From: Camelus ferus
Lineage: Eukaryota
Reading direction: 5' to 3'
Length of the DNA stretch: 64,000 bases
NCBI RefSeq assembly: GCF_009834535.1
Contig: NC_045696.1
Location: forward strand, 60,142,001-60,206,000
In this document: positions 62,960 to 64,000 of the stretch, in pieces
Layout of the letters: the number at the start of each line of letters is the position of its first letter
Position numbering within the stretch: position 1 is the first letter of the stretch
The notes under the pieces: generated by a model
Seen by the model: only the letters and a program-made list of their open reading frames with translations
Told to the model about the DNA's origin: nothing
The model's database searches: none
Program-made: the position numbers and the translations under genes

Positions 62960-63335
62960 ATAGACAAAAGGTATGAACAGACATTTTACTAAGAATATAC
63001 ACAGATGGCAAATAAACACATGAAAAAAATGCTCAACGTCATGAATCCTTAGGGGGATGCAATTAAAACTACTGCTTCCTTAAATTAAAACTTTAAGGAA
63101 ATTCAGAAGACTGACCCTATTAAGTATTGGCAACACTGTGGAAGCATTTTACATACCCCTGGTGGGTATATAAACGCAAACAACCATTTTAGGTCATAGC
63201 TTGGCAGTTTCATAAGTCAAACATTCACCTATCTATGACTTGGGCATTGTACATTGAGTTACTAATATAAGACAAGTGAAAATACATACATACGTATAGA
63301 ACTACACACAAATGTTCTAACACCTTTATTTACAA
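62960..63335 (+). mobile_element. Old L1 ORF2-end fragment
   Basis: atgaacagacatttt...atggcaaataaacacatgaaaaaaatgctcaac motif. Confidence 0.7.
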
Positions 63336-63339
63336 CGGT

Positions 63340-63525
63340 GTAGTGCTTCTTCAACTCTGGTATGTATACAAATCTGTATATTCACTAAGTCTAGGGGTCT
63401 GCTTAAAATTCAGATTCTGACGCAACAGGTCTGGAGTGGAGAGGCCCGGAATTCTGCACGTGCAGCCAGCTCCTGGGAGATGCTGCTCCGGCAGGTCAGA
63501 GGGACCACACGCAGGGGCGAGGACA
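63340..63525. mobile_element. MER5A-like MITE
   Basis: cagattctgacgcaacaggtctggagtgg...ggcccggaattctgc...gggaccacac matches the recalled MER5A consensus. Confidence 0.6.
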
Positions 63526-64000
63526 CACACCAGGCTGTGAACAGCGACGTTTAATGGGTCATAAGACCGTTTATTTTAGTTTTCTTCTTCTCTTAAGTAT
63601 ATTTTCTAATTAATTTGGGTTAAAAAAAAGGAAAATTAATGGGCATGTGTTGTTTTTATGTAATGAAAAGACAAAATCCACTTATTTTAAAAAGAGAAAA
63701 AAGGTGAAGCAAGCCAGTGATGTCATGAGAGATATAATAAAACCATGAGGAGGAGCCTCGATAAAATTCAAATGAAGGAGGAAATGCACACGCCTAAGAA
63801 AAGGGTGGAGGGGCCGGGAGAAAGTGAGGGACATTTTGACAACAAGTCTTGAAGAGAATTCTGGGGCCACTGGACAAGTGGTAACAGAAGACTGGAATTG
63901 TTGGAATCTGAGGTAGAAACTGGAATATTTTACACGCAAAGAAAACGAAAAGGCGAGCAGTGGTAAGACAGGAGCAGACCTGGGCGGCCTTGCCGGGTGT

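Noticed and set aside
56169..64000. Further upstream HEG1 exons (e.g. the short CPFGLGGLNCGN exon)
   Set aside because: I found no matching sequence by eye. The interval is mostly repeats and the exon probably lies beyond the window.

Overview
Mammalian genomic DNA, very likely camelid: it carries a Vic-1-type tRNA-derived SINE at ~55.7 kb. It is eukaryotic and intron-rich, so most of the supplied ORF track is noise or transposon fossil. Two minus-strand genes lie in tandem. (1) The 5' part of MUC13: promoter, signal-peptide exon 1, a PTS exon 2 with a homogeneous 45-bp VNTR, an EGF exon 3, and SEA exons 4-5; the gene runs off the left edge. (2) The 3' part of HEG1: the TM exon, two cytoplasmic-tail exons ending ...SRRRDYF*, and a ~5-kb 3' UTR; the gene enters from the right edge. 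The rest is mostly transposable elements: a decayed full-length L1 in MUC13 intron 1, a fossil hAT/Charlie (MER58/Cheshire-like) transposon stretched to ~9.5 kb by four nested insertions, about nine solo LTRs, and L1/L2/MIR/MER5 fragments. I found no convincing novel biological system. The best leads are: a Y-to-H change in the HEG1 tail motif that I recall as the RASIP1-binding site; competing splice donors at the end of MUC13 exon 2; the six-frame-open mucin VNTR; a compact HNF4/HNF1/CRE promoter; an intronic CTCF motif; and the nested transposon. Repeat family names come from recalled consensus similarity and need RepeatMasker/Dfam confirmation.
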